Counted from the stretch's first letter, positions 27,235 to 37,057 are shown. The stretch: DNA of 64,000 nt from Candidatus Omnitrophota bacterium (GCA_003141835.1 PLNR01000009.1:72307-136306); one strand, 5' to 3'. The notes: generated from the letters alone by a model not told the origin. Translations and numbers: made by a program.

Positions 27235-27549
27235 CTAAACCTTTATCTCTTTTATCTTAAGTTTCGTCAACTCCTGGCGGTGGCCCTTCTTCCAGTGCGA
27301 GTCCTTCCGTCTCCTGTACTTATAGGACATCAGCTTCTTGCCCCTGAAGTCGGAAATGACCTCCGCGACCACCTTGGCGTCCTTGAGGTAAGGCCTGCCA
27401 AACTTGACTTCCTTACCGTCGTGGACCATAAGCACTTCTTTTATCGTAACTTCATTGTCTTTTTCGGGATGCGTCAGGCGCTCGACCGTGATGGTGCCGC
27501 CCTTTTCTACCTTATATTGCTTCCCGCCTGTCATTATTACGGCGTACAT
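27235..27549 (-). CDS. rplU: 50S ribosomal protein L21
   Basis: MYAVIMTGGKQYKV...GHRQ. Confidence 0.98.
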   Translation of the reverse strand: MYAVIMTGGKQYKVEKGGTITVERLTHPEKDNEVTIKEVLMVHDGKEVKFGRPYLKDAKVVAEVISDFRGKKLMSYKYRRRKDSHWKKGHRQELTKLKIKEIKV

Positions 27550-27627
27550 AGAGACACTCCTTCCGTTCGGTTATTTTATTGCTAATCCCCAGACTTAAAT
27601 AAGTGTTGGGGAGGTGAATGTCGTGAA

Positions 27628-27656
27628 ATTATACCTTAAAACGGGGTAAGTGTCAA
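27628..27656 (-). promoter_or_regulatory. Consensus sigma70 promoter for rplU-rpmA-obgE
   Basis: TTGACA-17 bp-TATAAT. Confidence 0.85.
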
Positions 27657-27707
27657 TTGATTTCCCGCTTATAGATGTAGCGAAATCATCCCTCGCCTGC
27701 GCAGTAC

Positions 27708-27871
27708 TTTTTGCGGCAATCTGCAAAAAACACAAGCGTTTAGGCAAGGGAAATAGGCTGCATTACAAGCCGACCAGTCAATCGGTTCGCTCGGGCTGTC
27801 TTCTTTCCTTGTCCCGGGGTATCCCGGGACGTACGGAAAGAATCGCCTCTTCGCTCACCAGATTGCCTGGT
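27708..27871 (-). repeat. Structured intergenic element C (multiple hairpins)
   Basis: ttctttcc..gtcccggg-gtat-cccgggac..ggaaagaa; tttttgcgg-caat-ctgcaaaaa; ttcgctc twice; shares CCAGGCAATCT...GAGCGAnGAG with element B. Confidence 0.6.
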
Positions 27872-27904
27872 CGTCATAGCAAGTTAACAATTCTCCCTCC
27901 CCCT

Positions 27905-28219
27905 TCAGATGTTTATATCAAAATTGGTGCCGCAATAAGGGCAATATTTGAGTTCTGGCGAGACAGAGAAAGATCCACCTGTGTTCATGATAAGATGTCC
28001 AAGGCGGCCGCGACATTTCGGGCAACGAATTCCCAGTAGGGCAAGCGTAAGAGAGATAAAAGCTACCGCGAAACCAATAAGCGAAATAACCGTTAACCAC
28101 ACATGTTTACCTTGGCTAAAGAAACCTAACACAAAGATAGCGAACCCAGAGTACATTAAGATTGTGAGACGGCGTTTATATTGTGCAATCCGGTCACGAA
28201 TAGTCATGTTATTCTCCAT
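27905..28219 (-). CDS. Hypothetical two-TM protein with double CxxC zinc ribbon
   Basis: Two hydrophobic helices then CPKC...CPYC; AT-richer than flanking DNA. Confidence 0.7.
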   Translation of the reverse strand: MENNMTIRDRIAQYKRRLTILMYSGFAIFVLGFFSQGKHVWLTVISLIGFAVAFISLTLALLGIRCPKCRGRLGHLIMNTGGSFSVSPELKYCPYCGTNFDINI

Positions 28220-28220
28220 A

Positions 28221-28253
28221 AATTCGGGGACGTGTCATTTTTGGACGTGACCC
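28221..28253. repeat. Hairpin repeat, copy 1 (aattcggggacgtgtca...ccc)
   Basis: Related to 28833-28862; lies at a gene junction. Confidence 0.55.
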
Positions 28254-28816
28254 TTCTCCCCTCTTGTCTTGCAATAAATTCTTATACTCTCAAGAAGTTT
28301 TTGTTTTCCTTCAATTGCTTTACCTTTACTAGTCAAGAGTTCCATACTTTGCCTACCGACGGTGGCTGGCTGATAATAAGGACCTTCTGGAAACTTATCT
28401 GTTATTTTCCCATTGAGAAAAAATCTAGAGCTAGATGTCAATTCTGGTTTCATCGCTTCTTTCTTCAGAAATAATACAACGGTATCGCCCGGGCCCAAAT
28501 ACATGCCTTCTTCGCTGATAGCTATCTCCTGCAAAATAAAAACTTCTCTAGAGTTTTCCTCCCCAAATAAAATTTCTTTTATTTCAATCCTTTTTATGGA
28601 CCCCGATGCGTCGCCTGTTAAGCGTTTCTTTTCTTGGTCATAGTCTGCAATTATTCCCGATTCAACAACAGTACCGATAATTATCAAGTCTGATTCGTCC
28701 ACTTTTTCATGAAGAGGGATCCACTGGGAAAGAGCATTCACATTACTAATACAAAACAACAAAAATCCCATAATAAATAATGCTATTGTTCCATATTTAG
28801 ATTTCAAAAATGGCAT
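28235..28816 (-). CDS. Hypothetical exported protein
   Basis: Signal peptide, then ESDLIIIGTV and LGPGDTVVLFL; AT-rich codons; AAGGA RBS. Confidence 0.7.
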   Translation of the reverse strand: MPFLKSKYGTIALFIMGFLLFCISNVNALSQWIPLHEKVDESDLIIIGTVVESGIIADYDQEKKRLTGDASGSIKRIEIKEILFGEENSREVFILQEIAISEEGMYLGPGDTVVLFLKKEAMKPELTSSSRFFLNGKITDKFPEGPYYQPATVGRQSMELLTSKGKAIEGKQKLLESIRIYCKTRGEKGHVQK

Positions 28817-28832
28817 TTCGTCCTTCTTATCT

Positions 28833-28862
28833 AATTGGGGATGTGTCAGTTTGATATACCCC
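28833..28862. repeat. Hairpin repeat, copy 2 (aattggggatgtgtca...cccc)
   Basis: gggg-a-tgtgtca-gtt-tgatata-cccc folds with G-T pairs; related to 28221-28253. Confidence 0.55.
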
Positions 28863-28864
28863 GC

Positions 28865-29386
28865 TCAAGCCCTGTCCTTCCTATATATACTATCATAAAC
28901 ACTTAAATCCCGCTCGGAGAAAAGGACGAAGATGACCTTATCCAAAGCGCCGGGGTTTTGGGCGATGAAATCCCGAGTGGTCTTGATGGCAATGGGCGCG
29001 GCTAATTCTATGGGAAACCTGTAGACACCGGTGGAGATTGACGGGAAAGCGATGGTTTTAAGGCCGTGTTCTTTCGCGAGATTAAGGGAGTTGCGGTAAC
29101 AGGAGGCGAGCAATTCAGGCTCGTTGTGCTTGCCGTCGCGCCAGACAGGGCCGACCGTGTGTATCACGTGTTTCGCCGGCAAGTTGTAACCCTTCGTTAT
29201 CTTTGCCCCGCCTGTTTCGCAGCCGCCTAGGGTGGCGCATTCGACAAGGAGTTTTGGGCCGGCTGCGCGGTGGATCGCGCCGTCTACTCCCCCGCCTCCG
29301 AGCAATGTTTTATTGGCGGCATTGACAATGGCGTCGACCGCCAGCGTCGTGATATCTCCCTGGAATAACTCTATCTTTGTTGCCAT
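28865..29386 (-). CDS. ymdB: Macro-domain O-acetyl-ADP-ribose deacetylase (YmdB-like)
   Basis: [44 protein letters not shown]. Confidence 0.92.
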   Translation of the reverse strand: MATKIELFQGDITTLAVDAIVNAANKTLLGGGGVDGAIHRAAGPKLLVECATLGGCETGGAKITKGYNLPAKHVIHTVGPVWRDGKHNEPELLASCYRNSLNLAKEHGLKTIAFPSISTGVYRFPIELAAPIAIKTTRDFIAQNPGALDKVIFVLFSERDLSVYDSIYRKDRA

Positions 29387-29979
29387 TATGCAGCCAGTTT
29401 TTTTCCCAAAAGGCGGGCTTGTTTCTTGTGCCGCGGGTTGAGGTCCTGTTTCGGCTTTTGCGCGGCGAGGCCCATGAAGAGAACGCCTATCGTCTTGGCG
29501 CCGAAGGTCTCGGCGGTAAGCTTTGACAGGTGCACTATATTCGAAGAAAAAGGAGCGAATATCGCGGGAGCGGCCGAGGAAGCTACGACTACCGCGCGTT
29601 TATTTTTCAGTTTGCTCCTAATTTTGGGAGCCATTCCTTCCCACGGCCAGTAGGCATACGGGGTAAGCCTCTCCAAAAATCTCTTCATCAAGGCCGTTAC
29701 CGTGTAATCATTCATGGGCGAGGCGATAACGATAGAATCCGAACGTTCGATCTCATCGAGTATACCGTTCATATCATCGGAGATCGGGCATTCCCCGCGC
29801 TTCGTCCCCTCTTTCTGGGTGCACGCCCTGCAATTTGTGCAGAATTCGATGTGCTTATCGAGAAGGAAGATCTTCGACACCTCGGCGCCGGATTCCTTGG
29901 CCGAGGCGAGGATCTCATCGACGGCGGTATCGGTAATTCCGCCCTTACGGTAGGTCCCGACTATCGCGGTTATTTTCAT
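29386..29979 (-). CDS. Flavodoxin family / iron-sulfur flavoprotein-like protein
   Basis: [18 protein letters not shown]...C..DDM, IVIASP. Confidence 0.82.
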   Translation of the reverse strand: MKITAIVGTYRKGGITDTAVDEILASAKESGAEVSKIFLLDKHIEFCTNCRACTQKEGTKRGECPISDDMNGILDEIERSDSIVIASPMNDYTVTALMKRFLERLTPYAYWPWEGMAPKIRSKLKNKRAVVVASSAAPAIFAPFSSNIVHLSKLTAETFGAKTIGVLFMGLAAQKPKQDLNPRHKKQARLLGKKLAA

Positions 29980-31472
29980 TAAATAAGTTTCATCTCTTCG
30001 ACATGAAGCAGAGGGTCGGCCTTGATGATTATCTTCGCGTGGAAGGTGCGCTCGATGGATTCTATCGCCTGGCGGTCCTCATTGAAGAGGCGCGAGGTGA
30101 CCTCGGGGTTAACGAGGAGCTCGACCTGTTTTTTCTTCGTCTCCTTGAGATATTTCTTGACCTTCCTCAACGCCTGGATAGAGACGGTTGAGACCGATTT
30201 TATGAGGCCGCGCCCCTGGCAATACGGGCATTCGCGGAATGACATGCTCTCGACGCTGCGGCGCATCCTCTGGCGCGTCATCTCGACGAGGCAGATCTCG
30301 GATAACGGTGAGACATCTGTCTTCGCCTTGTCGCGCTTCAACGAATCTGTGAGCGCCTCAAAGACCTTGCGCCTCTTGCCTGCCTGCATCATATCGATGA
30401 AATCTATGACGATGATGCCGCCGAGGTCGCGCAGCCGTATCTGGCGCGCGACTTCGCGCGCGGCTTCCATATTCACTGCGAACGCCGTCTCCTCGAGGCT
30501 CTTCTTCTCGGTGAACTTACCGCTGTTGACGTCTATCGCGACGAGCCCTTCGGTCGGCTCGATGACAATGTAGCCGCCGCATCTTAACGGTACCTTGCGC
30601 TCGAATAATTTCTCGACGTCCTTCTCTATTCCCTTCCTGTCGTAGAGCGGTATGTCGCCTTCGTAAAGCTCGACTTTAGACCTCAGGTGCGGGGCGACAG
30701 CGCTCAGGAAATGCTGTATCTTCCTGTATTCGTCGCGGTTGTCTATTACAAGTTTTTCGACGTCCTCGGTCAGGTAGTCGCGGGCGACCCTCAATACAAG
30801 ATCATATTCTTCATGTAATTGCGCCGGCGCCTGTTTCTTGGCCGCGCCGAACTTTATCTTCCTCCATATGCCCAAAAGATATTTAAGGTCCCTGCCTAAT
30901 TCACGCTTCGACTGGCCGATACCGGCTGTCCTTATAATTACGCCCATCTCCTTCGGGACTTCAAGCCCCCTCAATATCTCCTTGAGCCGCTGGCGCTCCT
31001 TATCGTCCGATATGCGGCGCGAGATCCCGAGGTGCCTGTCGTACGGCAACAAGACAATGTAACGGCCGGGTAACGAGATATGCGTCGTCAGGCGAGCGCC
31101 TTTCGTGCCGAACGGCTCCTTCGTGATCTGGACGAGGACTTCCTGCCCTTTTTTCACAAGCTGTTCTATCGACTGGTGCGGCTGCATGCCCCTCGGGGGC
31201 TTGAGCTCTTCCTCTTCCTTGTCGATCGAGTCAAAATCCATTCCCATGCCGACGATATCGGCCAGGTATAAATAACCGTTCTTCTCCAGGCCGAGGCCGA
31301 CGAACGCGGCCTTGACGGCCGGGACGACCGAGTTCACCCTGCCCTTGATGACATTACCGACCAGCGTCTTCTGCCCTATCCTCTCGACCGAGAACTCCTC
31401 GAGGACCTTATTCTCGAGTATAGCGAGCCGCGTCTCCTGCGGCTCTACGTTGATCAAAATTTCTTTTCCCAT
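29979..31472 (-). CDS. rng: Ribonuclease E/G family (RNase G size)
   Basis: S1 domain, VLVQITKEPFGTKGARLT, IDVNSG, RQIRLRDLGGIIVIDFIDM, CPYC. Confidence 0.93.
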   Translation of the reverse strand: MGKEILINVEPQETRLAILENKVLEEFSVERIGQKTLVGNVIKGRVNSVVPAVKAAFVGLGLEKNGYLYLADIVGMGMDFDSIDKEEEELKPPRGMQPHQSIEQLVKKGQEVLVQITKEPFGTKGARLTTHISLPGRYIVLLPYDRHLGISRRISDDKERQRLKEILRGLEVPKEMGVIIRTAGIGQSKRELGRDLKYLLGIWRKIKFGAAKKQAPAQLHEEYDLVLRVARDYLTEDVEKLVIDNRDEYRKIQHFLSAVAPHLRSKVELYEGDIPLYDRKGIEKDVEKLFERKVPLRCGGYIVIEPTEGLVAIDVNSGKFTEKKSLEETAFAVNMEAAREVARQIRLRDLGGIIVIDFIDMMQAGKRRKVFEALTDSLKRDKAKTDVSPLSEICLVEMTRQRMRRSVESMSFRECPYCQGRGLIKSVSTVSIQALRKVKKYLKETKKKQVELLVNPEVTSRLFNEDRQAIESIERTFHAKIIIKADPLLHVEEMKLI

Positions 31473-31774
31473 TAATTTGTTTCCTCTATAGTTTTAATGA
31501 TTATCCCCTCAGGCAACTGCGCCTGCAATCTGTTACCGAAATCCTCTTTCGATACCAATTCCTTCATATGGAAAACCGCTTCCTCGGACTCGCTCTCTAC
31601 GCCGAGTTTCAACGCGCGTTTAAAACTTATTTTGGGCCTGGGGCTGAATCCCTGCGATATGATGAGCGATATCTCGGCCCGGCGCGCCGCGCGCTGGAAA
31701 AGCCGGACGAGGTCGAGGTGCGATATGAACTTCATTTGGCCCGTCTTGGCGAAAATGACCCGGAGCTTATTCAA
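31472..31774 (-). CDS. Radical SAM-linked protein (TIGR03936-like), short
   Basis: FAKTGQMKFISHLDLVRLFQRAARRA, SQGFSPRPKISF, LGVES. Confidence 0.85.
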   Translation of the reverse strand: MNKLRVIFAKTGQMKFISHLDLVRLFQRAARRAEISLIISQGFSPRPKISFKRALKLGVESESEEAVFHMKELVSKEDFGNRLQAQLPEGIIIKTIEETN

Positions 31775-32054
31775 CCTGGCCTTTGATAGTCTTGACGTCC
31801 TTCTTCAGGTCGGCGAGCTCCTTATGCAGCTTCGCGAGCTCGTCGAGTATCGCCATATGTTCCTTGTGCAGGGCGTCTGACGTATTCTTTACGAGAAGAT
31901 CCGTCCCCACGTATTCGCCGCGGGCGTACCGGGGCATCTTGGTGGCAGCATCGAAGTCGCTGTCCAAGCTGGAATTATCCTTACCGTTATCCTGCGCCAC
32001 CGACGGCAGTACAAATACCAGCATGAATATCAACGCAAAGAAAATCCTTTTCAC
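31767..32054 (-). CDS. Hypothetical small exported protein with C-terminal coiled coil
   Basis: Signal peptide; heptad C-terminus; AAGGAGG RBS. Confidence 0.65.
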   Translation of the reverse strand: MKRIFFALIFMLVFVLPSVAQDNGKDNSSLDSDFDAATKMPRYARGEYVGTDLLVKNTSDALHKEHMAILDELAKLHKELADLKKDVKTIKGQVE

Positions 32055-32074
32055 CGCGTCCTCCTTGTGACGTA

Positions 32075-33913
32075 CTATTTATCCAGGTAACCCCTGTTCG
32101 TGCCGCTGAACCCTTCAGCCGGCGCTACCACTGTCGCTGCGGCGGGTTTCTCTGATTTTTTATCTTCCTTCTTGTTGTTCTTCTTATTATCCTTCTTCGC
32201 GGGCTCGGGAGCGGGAACGACATTGGCCTGTCCCGCCGCGAGGGCTGACTTGACCTGCGCGATCTCCTCTGCGGTAAGCTCTCCCGGCCTTATCACCCTC
32301 GCCGTTATGAATATAAGCAGGTCTATCTTGCTGGTTTCGTTCGTCGCGCGCGAGAAGAGGTTGCCGATTATGGGGATGTCGCCCAGTATCGGTATGCCTA
32401 TCCGCCCTTTAGATTTTACGTCTTTCAATAACCCGCCTATGACGATAGTCTCGCCGTCCGCCATCAGGACCTGCGTCTCGGCCTCCCTGGTCAGAAGTAT
32501 CGGGTATTCGTTAGTACCTTTCGTATTTGTGTAAGACGAGACGACAGGATGGACTATCATATTGACGAATTTCTCGTCGCCGCTCACCTGCGGGACGACG
32601 TAAAGTTGTATGCCGACATCCTGGTAATAAGCAAGGGTTGTCGTAGCCGTAGCCTGGGCGGTGCCCGAGATATTAGATTCGATGATAGGATATTTTTGCC
32701 CTACCAGAATAAGCGCTTCCTGCCCGGAGAGCGTCACCAGCTTCGGCGCCGAGAGCGTATTGGTCCTTACGTCTTCCTCAAGCGCGTGGAGCATCGCCTC
32801 CATCTGCGTCCCGAAGATCTTCGACCATAACAGCTGGAGTCCCGCGTTATACGGGTTCAGGCCCGTGGCGAGCGGGGTAAAATTAGAGGGCTTATAAGTG
32901 ACAACGCCGCCGTTGGCCGTTACCTCTGACTGCGAATAACTGCTTCCCGTTAACAGGCCTCTCGTATCGTTACTTCCGAATTTTGTGGGAACCGTGCCGA
33001 GCAGGGCCCCGTTTGCGTCCGTCAGGAGCTGGTGGCTCTGCAGCCTTGAACCGGTGCTCCACTCCATTCCCAGGTCCCTCAACAGATCTTTACTTACTTC
33101 CATTATCCTCGCCTCAATGAGGACCTGGACCGGTTTTAGATCTATATCTTTTAATATCTTAGTGATCCTGTCGAGATATGTCGGCGTATCGGTCACCACC
33201 AGCGAATGCGACCTGGCATTCTCCCTTTCCCTCCTGGTTTTGCCTTCTTCTGTCGTCGCGGTTCCGGCTGCCGAAGCGCCCACTTTCCACCCCTTCTGTC
33301 CGGTTATCTCAAGGACCGATATCTTTCCCTGGGGAGAGAGCTGCGGCTCGAGCACCTTCTTGGCGTCCGTGGCGTCGATATACTGCAAAGTGAAGACCTT
33401 GCTGGTGATGCCCTCTATCTCGGTCAATTCCCTCTTCTTCTCCCTGCGCTCTTTCAACCCATCCACAGTCGCTACGGTGATGATATTGCCCTGGCGCTCA
33501 TACGCAAACCCGTATGTGCTAAGTATGACGTCCAGCGCCTGCTCCCATGGTACGTCCACAAGCCGTATAGTGATCGTACCGACGACTTCTTTGCCCGCGA
33601 CGATATTTACACCGCTCTTGTAAGCCAGTACCCTTAGGACATTTTGTATATCGGCATCCTTAAAATCAAGGGTCACGGTGTTATTCTTGTCTTCTTCGGC
33701 CTTCGCTTGTTCCGGGGAGATCTCCTGGGGCGCGGCTTCAAACACGGGTTGCTGCGCGGCTACCGGTGCTGTCTCAACCGGAGGCGGCAAAGCTACCGGC
33801 TGCTCAACGGTAGTAGGCGGTACGGACTGCGATTCCTGCCCGTATGCGTGCCCGAAAAATAATGCTGCAATAAACAGGACGCCGATGACCGAGATCTTTG
33901 CGCGATTGGACAT
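32075..33913 (-). CDS. pilQ: Type IV pilus secretin PilQ
   Basis: VTLDFKDADIQNVL, VPWEQALD, QVLIEARI, LSAPKLVT, DGETIVIGGL, IPILGDIPIIGNLF; start set at MSNRAK. Confidence 0.92.
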   Translation of the reverse strand: MSNRAKISVIGVLFIAALFFGHAYGQESQSVPPTTVEQPVALPPPVETAPVAAQQPVFEAAPQEISPEQAKAEEDKNNTVTLDFKDADIQNVLRVLAYKSGVNIVAGKEVVGTITIRLVDVPWEQALDVILSTYGFAYERQGNIITVATVDGLKERREKKRELTEIEGITSKVFTLQYIDATDAKKVLEPQLSPQGKISVLEITGQKGWKVGASAAGTATTEEGKTRRERENARSHSLVVTDTPTYLDRITKILKDIDLKPVQVLIEARIMEVSKDLLRDLGMEWSTGSRLQSHQLLTDANGALLGTVPTKFGSNDTRGLLTGSSYSQSEVTANGGVVTYKPSNFTPLATGLNPYNAGLQLLWSKIFGTQMEAMLHALEEDVRTNTLSAPKLVTLSGQEALILVGQKYPIIESNISGTAQATATTTLAYYQDVGIQLYVVPQVSGDEKFVNMIVHPVVSSYTNTKGTNEYPILLTREAETQVLMADGETIVIGGLLKDVKSKGRIGIPILGDIPIIGNLFSRATNETSKIDLLIFITARVIRPGELTAEEIAQVKSALAAGQANVVPAPEPAKKDNKKNNKKEDKKSEKPAAATVVAPAEGFSGTNRGYLDK

Positions 33914-33914
33914 G

Positions 33915-34295
33915 TTATTCCTCCTCACCTCTCAAATTTATGACTGATTCTTCGCCGCCCCTGTCGAGGATCACCCTCGTCTTCTCTATAGTCTTGACCT
34001 TGTAATCTCCCAGTATATCTCCGGCCCTCACGACCGAGCCGCCGATGATAGCGTATGAATCCCCGCTCTTCGACCAGACTATCCCCTCGAGGTTCAGCTC
34101 TACATTAGCCGTCACCGGCCTCAACTCGGGAAGCAGGTTGCCGTCCCTGTCGATGAGCGGCCTGAACGGGTCGCGCTTGTTCTTTGCGTCATATTTAAAA
34201 TTCTCATCCCCGGGCGCGAACGGCGAGAACGCGATAAAGATCAAAAGTGACAATAATACCGCGGTCCTCATTTTAGTTGTAAACCGCGTCCTCAT
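33915..34295 (-). CDS. pilP: PilP-like protein
   Basis: YDAKNKRDPFRP, LEGIVW, AII; lies between pilO and pilQ. Confidence 0.7.
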   Translation of the reverse strand: MRTRFTTKMRTAVLLSLLIFIAFSPFAPGDENFKYDAKNKRDPFRPLIDRDGNLLPELRPVTANVELNLEGIVWSKSGDSYAIIGGSVVRAGDILGDYKVKTIEKTRVILDRGGEESVINLRGEEE

Positions 34296-34942
34296 TTTGA
34301 TTGTGTCTCCTCGCGCAGGACATATACCACTATCAGGAATCTCGCACTGTGGTTCTGTATGTCGTCAGGGTTGGCCTTTATGTCGAAATCGCCGACCGAC
34401 ATTATATTATCGGAGGTCTCAACGCCGTTTATGAACTCGCCTAACGCATGATAACTTCCCCTGACCTCGACCGTTACGGGTAGCTCCGTATAGATAGCGG
34501 CCGGCTTCTTAGCCTCGGTCTTAGCCCCGGGTTTCGCCGCCGGGACTGCTTTGACTACCTTAGCAGCTTCGGGCGGTTTCTGTACCGGTTCTATCTTTAT
34601 TATCTTGACCTTATTCCCGTAGGCGATCTCCGCGATCTTCTGCAGGATGTTAGGCATCTCGCGGTTCGGCGGCAGCGCTTTTTCATATTCCTTGAGTTTC
34701 CCCTGGACCGAGGCGAGGCGCGCCTCAAGCCGCGACTTGCTCGCTATGAGCGCCCGGTCTTTTTTCAGGGTTTCGCTTTCCTTTATGATCTCTTTCTTGA
34801 GTTCGCCTAACTTCCGGAAGGAAGGGATCATCGCGAACTGTATCAGGCTCAACGCTATTATGAAGCCGGCTATCCCTATCAGCACCACCTTCTCCAGGTC
34901 GGCCTTCGGCATTTTCGACATGAAATTAGAGAGTCCGGACAT
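34292..34942 (-). CDS. pilO: Type IV pilus alignment protein PilO
   Basis: TM, coiled coil, LPPNREMPNIL, YTELPV..GSYHALGEF. Confidence 0.85.
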   Translation of the reverse strand: MSGLSNFMSKMPKADLEKVVLIGIAGFIIALSLIQFAMIPSFRKLGELKKEIIKESETLKKDRALIASKSRLEARLASVQGKLKEYEKALPPNREMPNILQKIAEIAYGNKVKIIKIEPVQKPPEAAKVVKAVPAAKPGAKTEAKKPAAIYTELPVTVEVRGSYHALGEFINGVETSDNIMSVGDFDIKANPDDIQNHSARFLIVVYVLREETQSK

Positions 34943-34945
34943 ATC

Positions 34946-35563
34946 TTATAACCCCTTCCCCTTCTTGAAATGGCAGATCACTATAAAATCCATTACCTCG
35001 GTCTTCTGCAATTTCTTGCGCTCTTCCTTGGCGATCTCGATCTCATCGAAATCGGACGAGAAAGAGGCGTTCTCTTTCAGGGAATTCACGAATTTCCCTA
35101 TCGCGGCTTCGCCGGCCTCGCTTGAGAGGATATCGGAACCCTCGATGACGAGCGTTTCCTTTAAACTTCCCGGTTCGTTCGGCGTTTCACTCTTCTTTAT
35201 GGAAAGGCTCCTCAGCCAGACCCCGGATACCAGGGAATTCGAAATGTCGTTGAGCTTCCTGCCGAGGTTGAACCTCAAGCCGGACAGCTTGTCGATCACA
35301 TCGACCTTTGAGGATATATCCCTGAGGGTATTGTCTATGTTGATCGCCTCTTTATTCGTGGCGGCGATCGACGCTATTTTTTTCTTGAGGGAATCCCTTG
35401 ATACGCTCTTCACCTGGATAAAGAACCATAACAGGACCTGTACGGCGAACAGGAGGACGACGATGCCTGCGGCGACCGGTATGACAGGCAGTGAAGGCAG
35501 CTTCATCGGCTCCCTCCTCCTGACGCGTAGATGCGGCGGTAAAAGATTTATCTCTATCATCAT
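34946..35563 (-). CDS. pilN: Type IV pilus alignment protein PilN
   Basis: INLLP motif, TM, GVWLRSL. Confidence 0.85.
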   Translation of the reverse strand: MMIEINLLPPHLRVRRREPMKLPSLPVIPVAAGIVVLLFAVQVLLWFFIQVKSVSRDSLKKKIASIAATNKEAINIDNTLRDISSKVDVIDKLSGLRFNLGRKLNDISNSLVSGVWLRSLSIKKSETPNEPGSLKETLVIEGSDILSSEAGEAAIGKFVNSLKENASFSSDFDEIEIAKEERKKLQKTEVMDFIVICHFKKGKGL

Positions 35564-36490
35564 CTACCTTCTTATCGCGAGCCCGACGCAAACGGCCAAT
35601 TGGCCGGAGGCGTCCTTAAGGGCCTGCGGATCCACTTTAACGGAAACCGTGAGGTTTTTTACCGGGTCCCAGGCCGAGACCTCGAACCCGAAAGCCTGCG
35701 AGAAGCGCTGCAGCAGCGCCGTGTCTTTCGCGCCGCCGCCGCTGACGTATATCCCGTCTATACCCTTGCCGAACTGGTTCTCATAATAGTCGAACGAGAG
35801 CCTGACCTGGTTCTCGAGCGTATCCGCGTTCTTTACATCCACCGGGATATCGCGGGTAAAATTGAGCGTCTCGTTCTTGAGTATGCAGACGTTGGTCATG
35901 CTCGCGCCGATATTCAAAAGGGCGAGCGTCTTGTCCTTGCCCAACCCGGGATTGTTGAATATGAATGCGTTCGTCACGGCGATGGCGTCGCAGTCGATAG
36001 CCCCGGCCTCTAATCCCGCTTCGTTTATATATCCGAGATATTCGTCCACGAGATCTTTTTTCGAAGCCACGATGAGGACCTTCATCTTATTGCCTTCGGC
36101 GTTCTGGTCGATCACCTGGGCGTCTATATAGACCTCATTTATGTTGAACGGGATATGTTTTTCGGCCTCGAATTGCAAAGCGGATTTTAATTCGCCCTCG
36201 CTCATCTTCGGGAAGAGCACTTGGCGGACAACGACCCCCTGCCCGGATACGGACATCGTTACGTTTTGGACCTTCGTCTCCGATGAGGAGATCGCCTGCT
36301 TTATCGCCCCGACGACCTTTTCTTTCGTCTTTTCTCCCTCGATCGCCCGGACGGCGAAAAAATCGAGCTGGAACGCGCCGGCCTTTTGCCGCGACAGCGC
36401 CAATACCTTCACGGAAGAAGTGCCGATGTCGATCCCGACCTTGACCTTCGTCCTGTTAAAATTCAAAAACGGGAACTTTATCTCTTTCAT
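35564..36490 (-). CDS. pilM: Type IV pilus assembly protein PilM
   Basis: GIDIGTSSVK, FEAEKHIPF, NIGAS, SGGGA, VGLAIR. Confidence 0.9.
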   Translation of the reverse strand: MKEIKFPFLNFNRTKVKVGIDIGTSSVKVLALSRQKAGAFQLDFFAVRAIEGEKTKEKVVGAIKQAISSSETKVQNVTMSVSGQGVVVRQVLFPKMSEGELKSALQFEAEKHIPFNINEVYIDAQVIDQNAEGNKMKVLIVASKKDLVDEYLGYINEAGLEAGAIDCDAIAVTNAFIFNNPGLGKDKTLALLNIGASMTNVCILKNETLNFTRDIPVDVKNADTLENQVRLSFDYYENQFGKGIDGIYVSGGGAKDTALLQRFSQAFGFEVSAWDPVKNLTVSVKVDPQALKDASGQLAVCVGLAIRR

Positions 36491-36493
36491 ATC

Positions 36494-36952
36494 CTATTCA
36501 ATCGGGGGATCGGACACGCCCGCTTTCCCCCCGCTCTTTGCCCTTATTATGCCTGTGCTGTCGGTAAAAAAATACCTGTTCCCTGTCCTGCCCGGGGTAG
36601 TCGGTTCGGCGCTCAGCTCAAAATTTTCCGGGTCGACGAACGTATAATTGAACCTGTAGCCCTGTTTCTGCTTGTTTACGGCCAGGACCGAATCGAGGTA
36701 GGGCGGATCGGAATCAGGCGCGACCAGGTTATCCAGGGCTGCCGGGAAAGTATGGGGGCTCGAATTCGTATAATAGCTGTTGCAGGCCGACCCGATCGTC
36801 CGGCACGACACTATGGCCGATGCCTCGTTCGCGTTTATGCGGGATGTAAGGAAGACAGGAATGGCAATTGCCGCCAAAGTAGCTATAATGGCGATAACTA
36901 TCATTATTTCTACGAGAGTAAAACCGTAATATGATAGTTTTTCTTCTTTCAT
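36494..36952 (-). CDS. Type IV pilin paralogue
   Basis: G/FTLVEIMIV prepilin cleavage site; ANEASA; RYFFTDSTG. Confidence 0.88.
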   Translation of the reverse strand: MKEEKLSYYGFTLVEIMIVIAIIATLAAIAIPVFLTSRINANEASAIVSCRTIGSACNSYYTNSSPHTFPAALDNLVAPDSDPPYLDSVLAVNKQKQGYRFNYTFVDPENFELSAEPTTPGRTGNRYFFTDSTGIIRAKSGGKAGVSDPPIE

Positions 36953-36960
36953 TGGATTTT

Positions 36961-36989
36961 AGTTTATATTTTTTAAGCAAAAAAGTCAA
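36961..36989 (-). promoter_or_regulatory. Putative promoter for pilin-pilMNOPQ
   Basis: TTGACT-17 bp-TAAACT; -10 box is 8 nt from the ATG. Confidence 0.6.
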
Positions 36990-37057
36990 GGAAAATTGCC
37001 AAATATTACGATATTTCCCTCTTGACAGCCCCGCTGCGGCGGGACGTTGCAAAACTC

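Noticed and set aside
27880-28862. Classical integron attC sites
   Set aside because: No RYYYAAC...GTTRRRY ends with proper spacing and no intI in the window.
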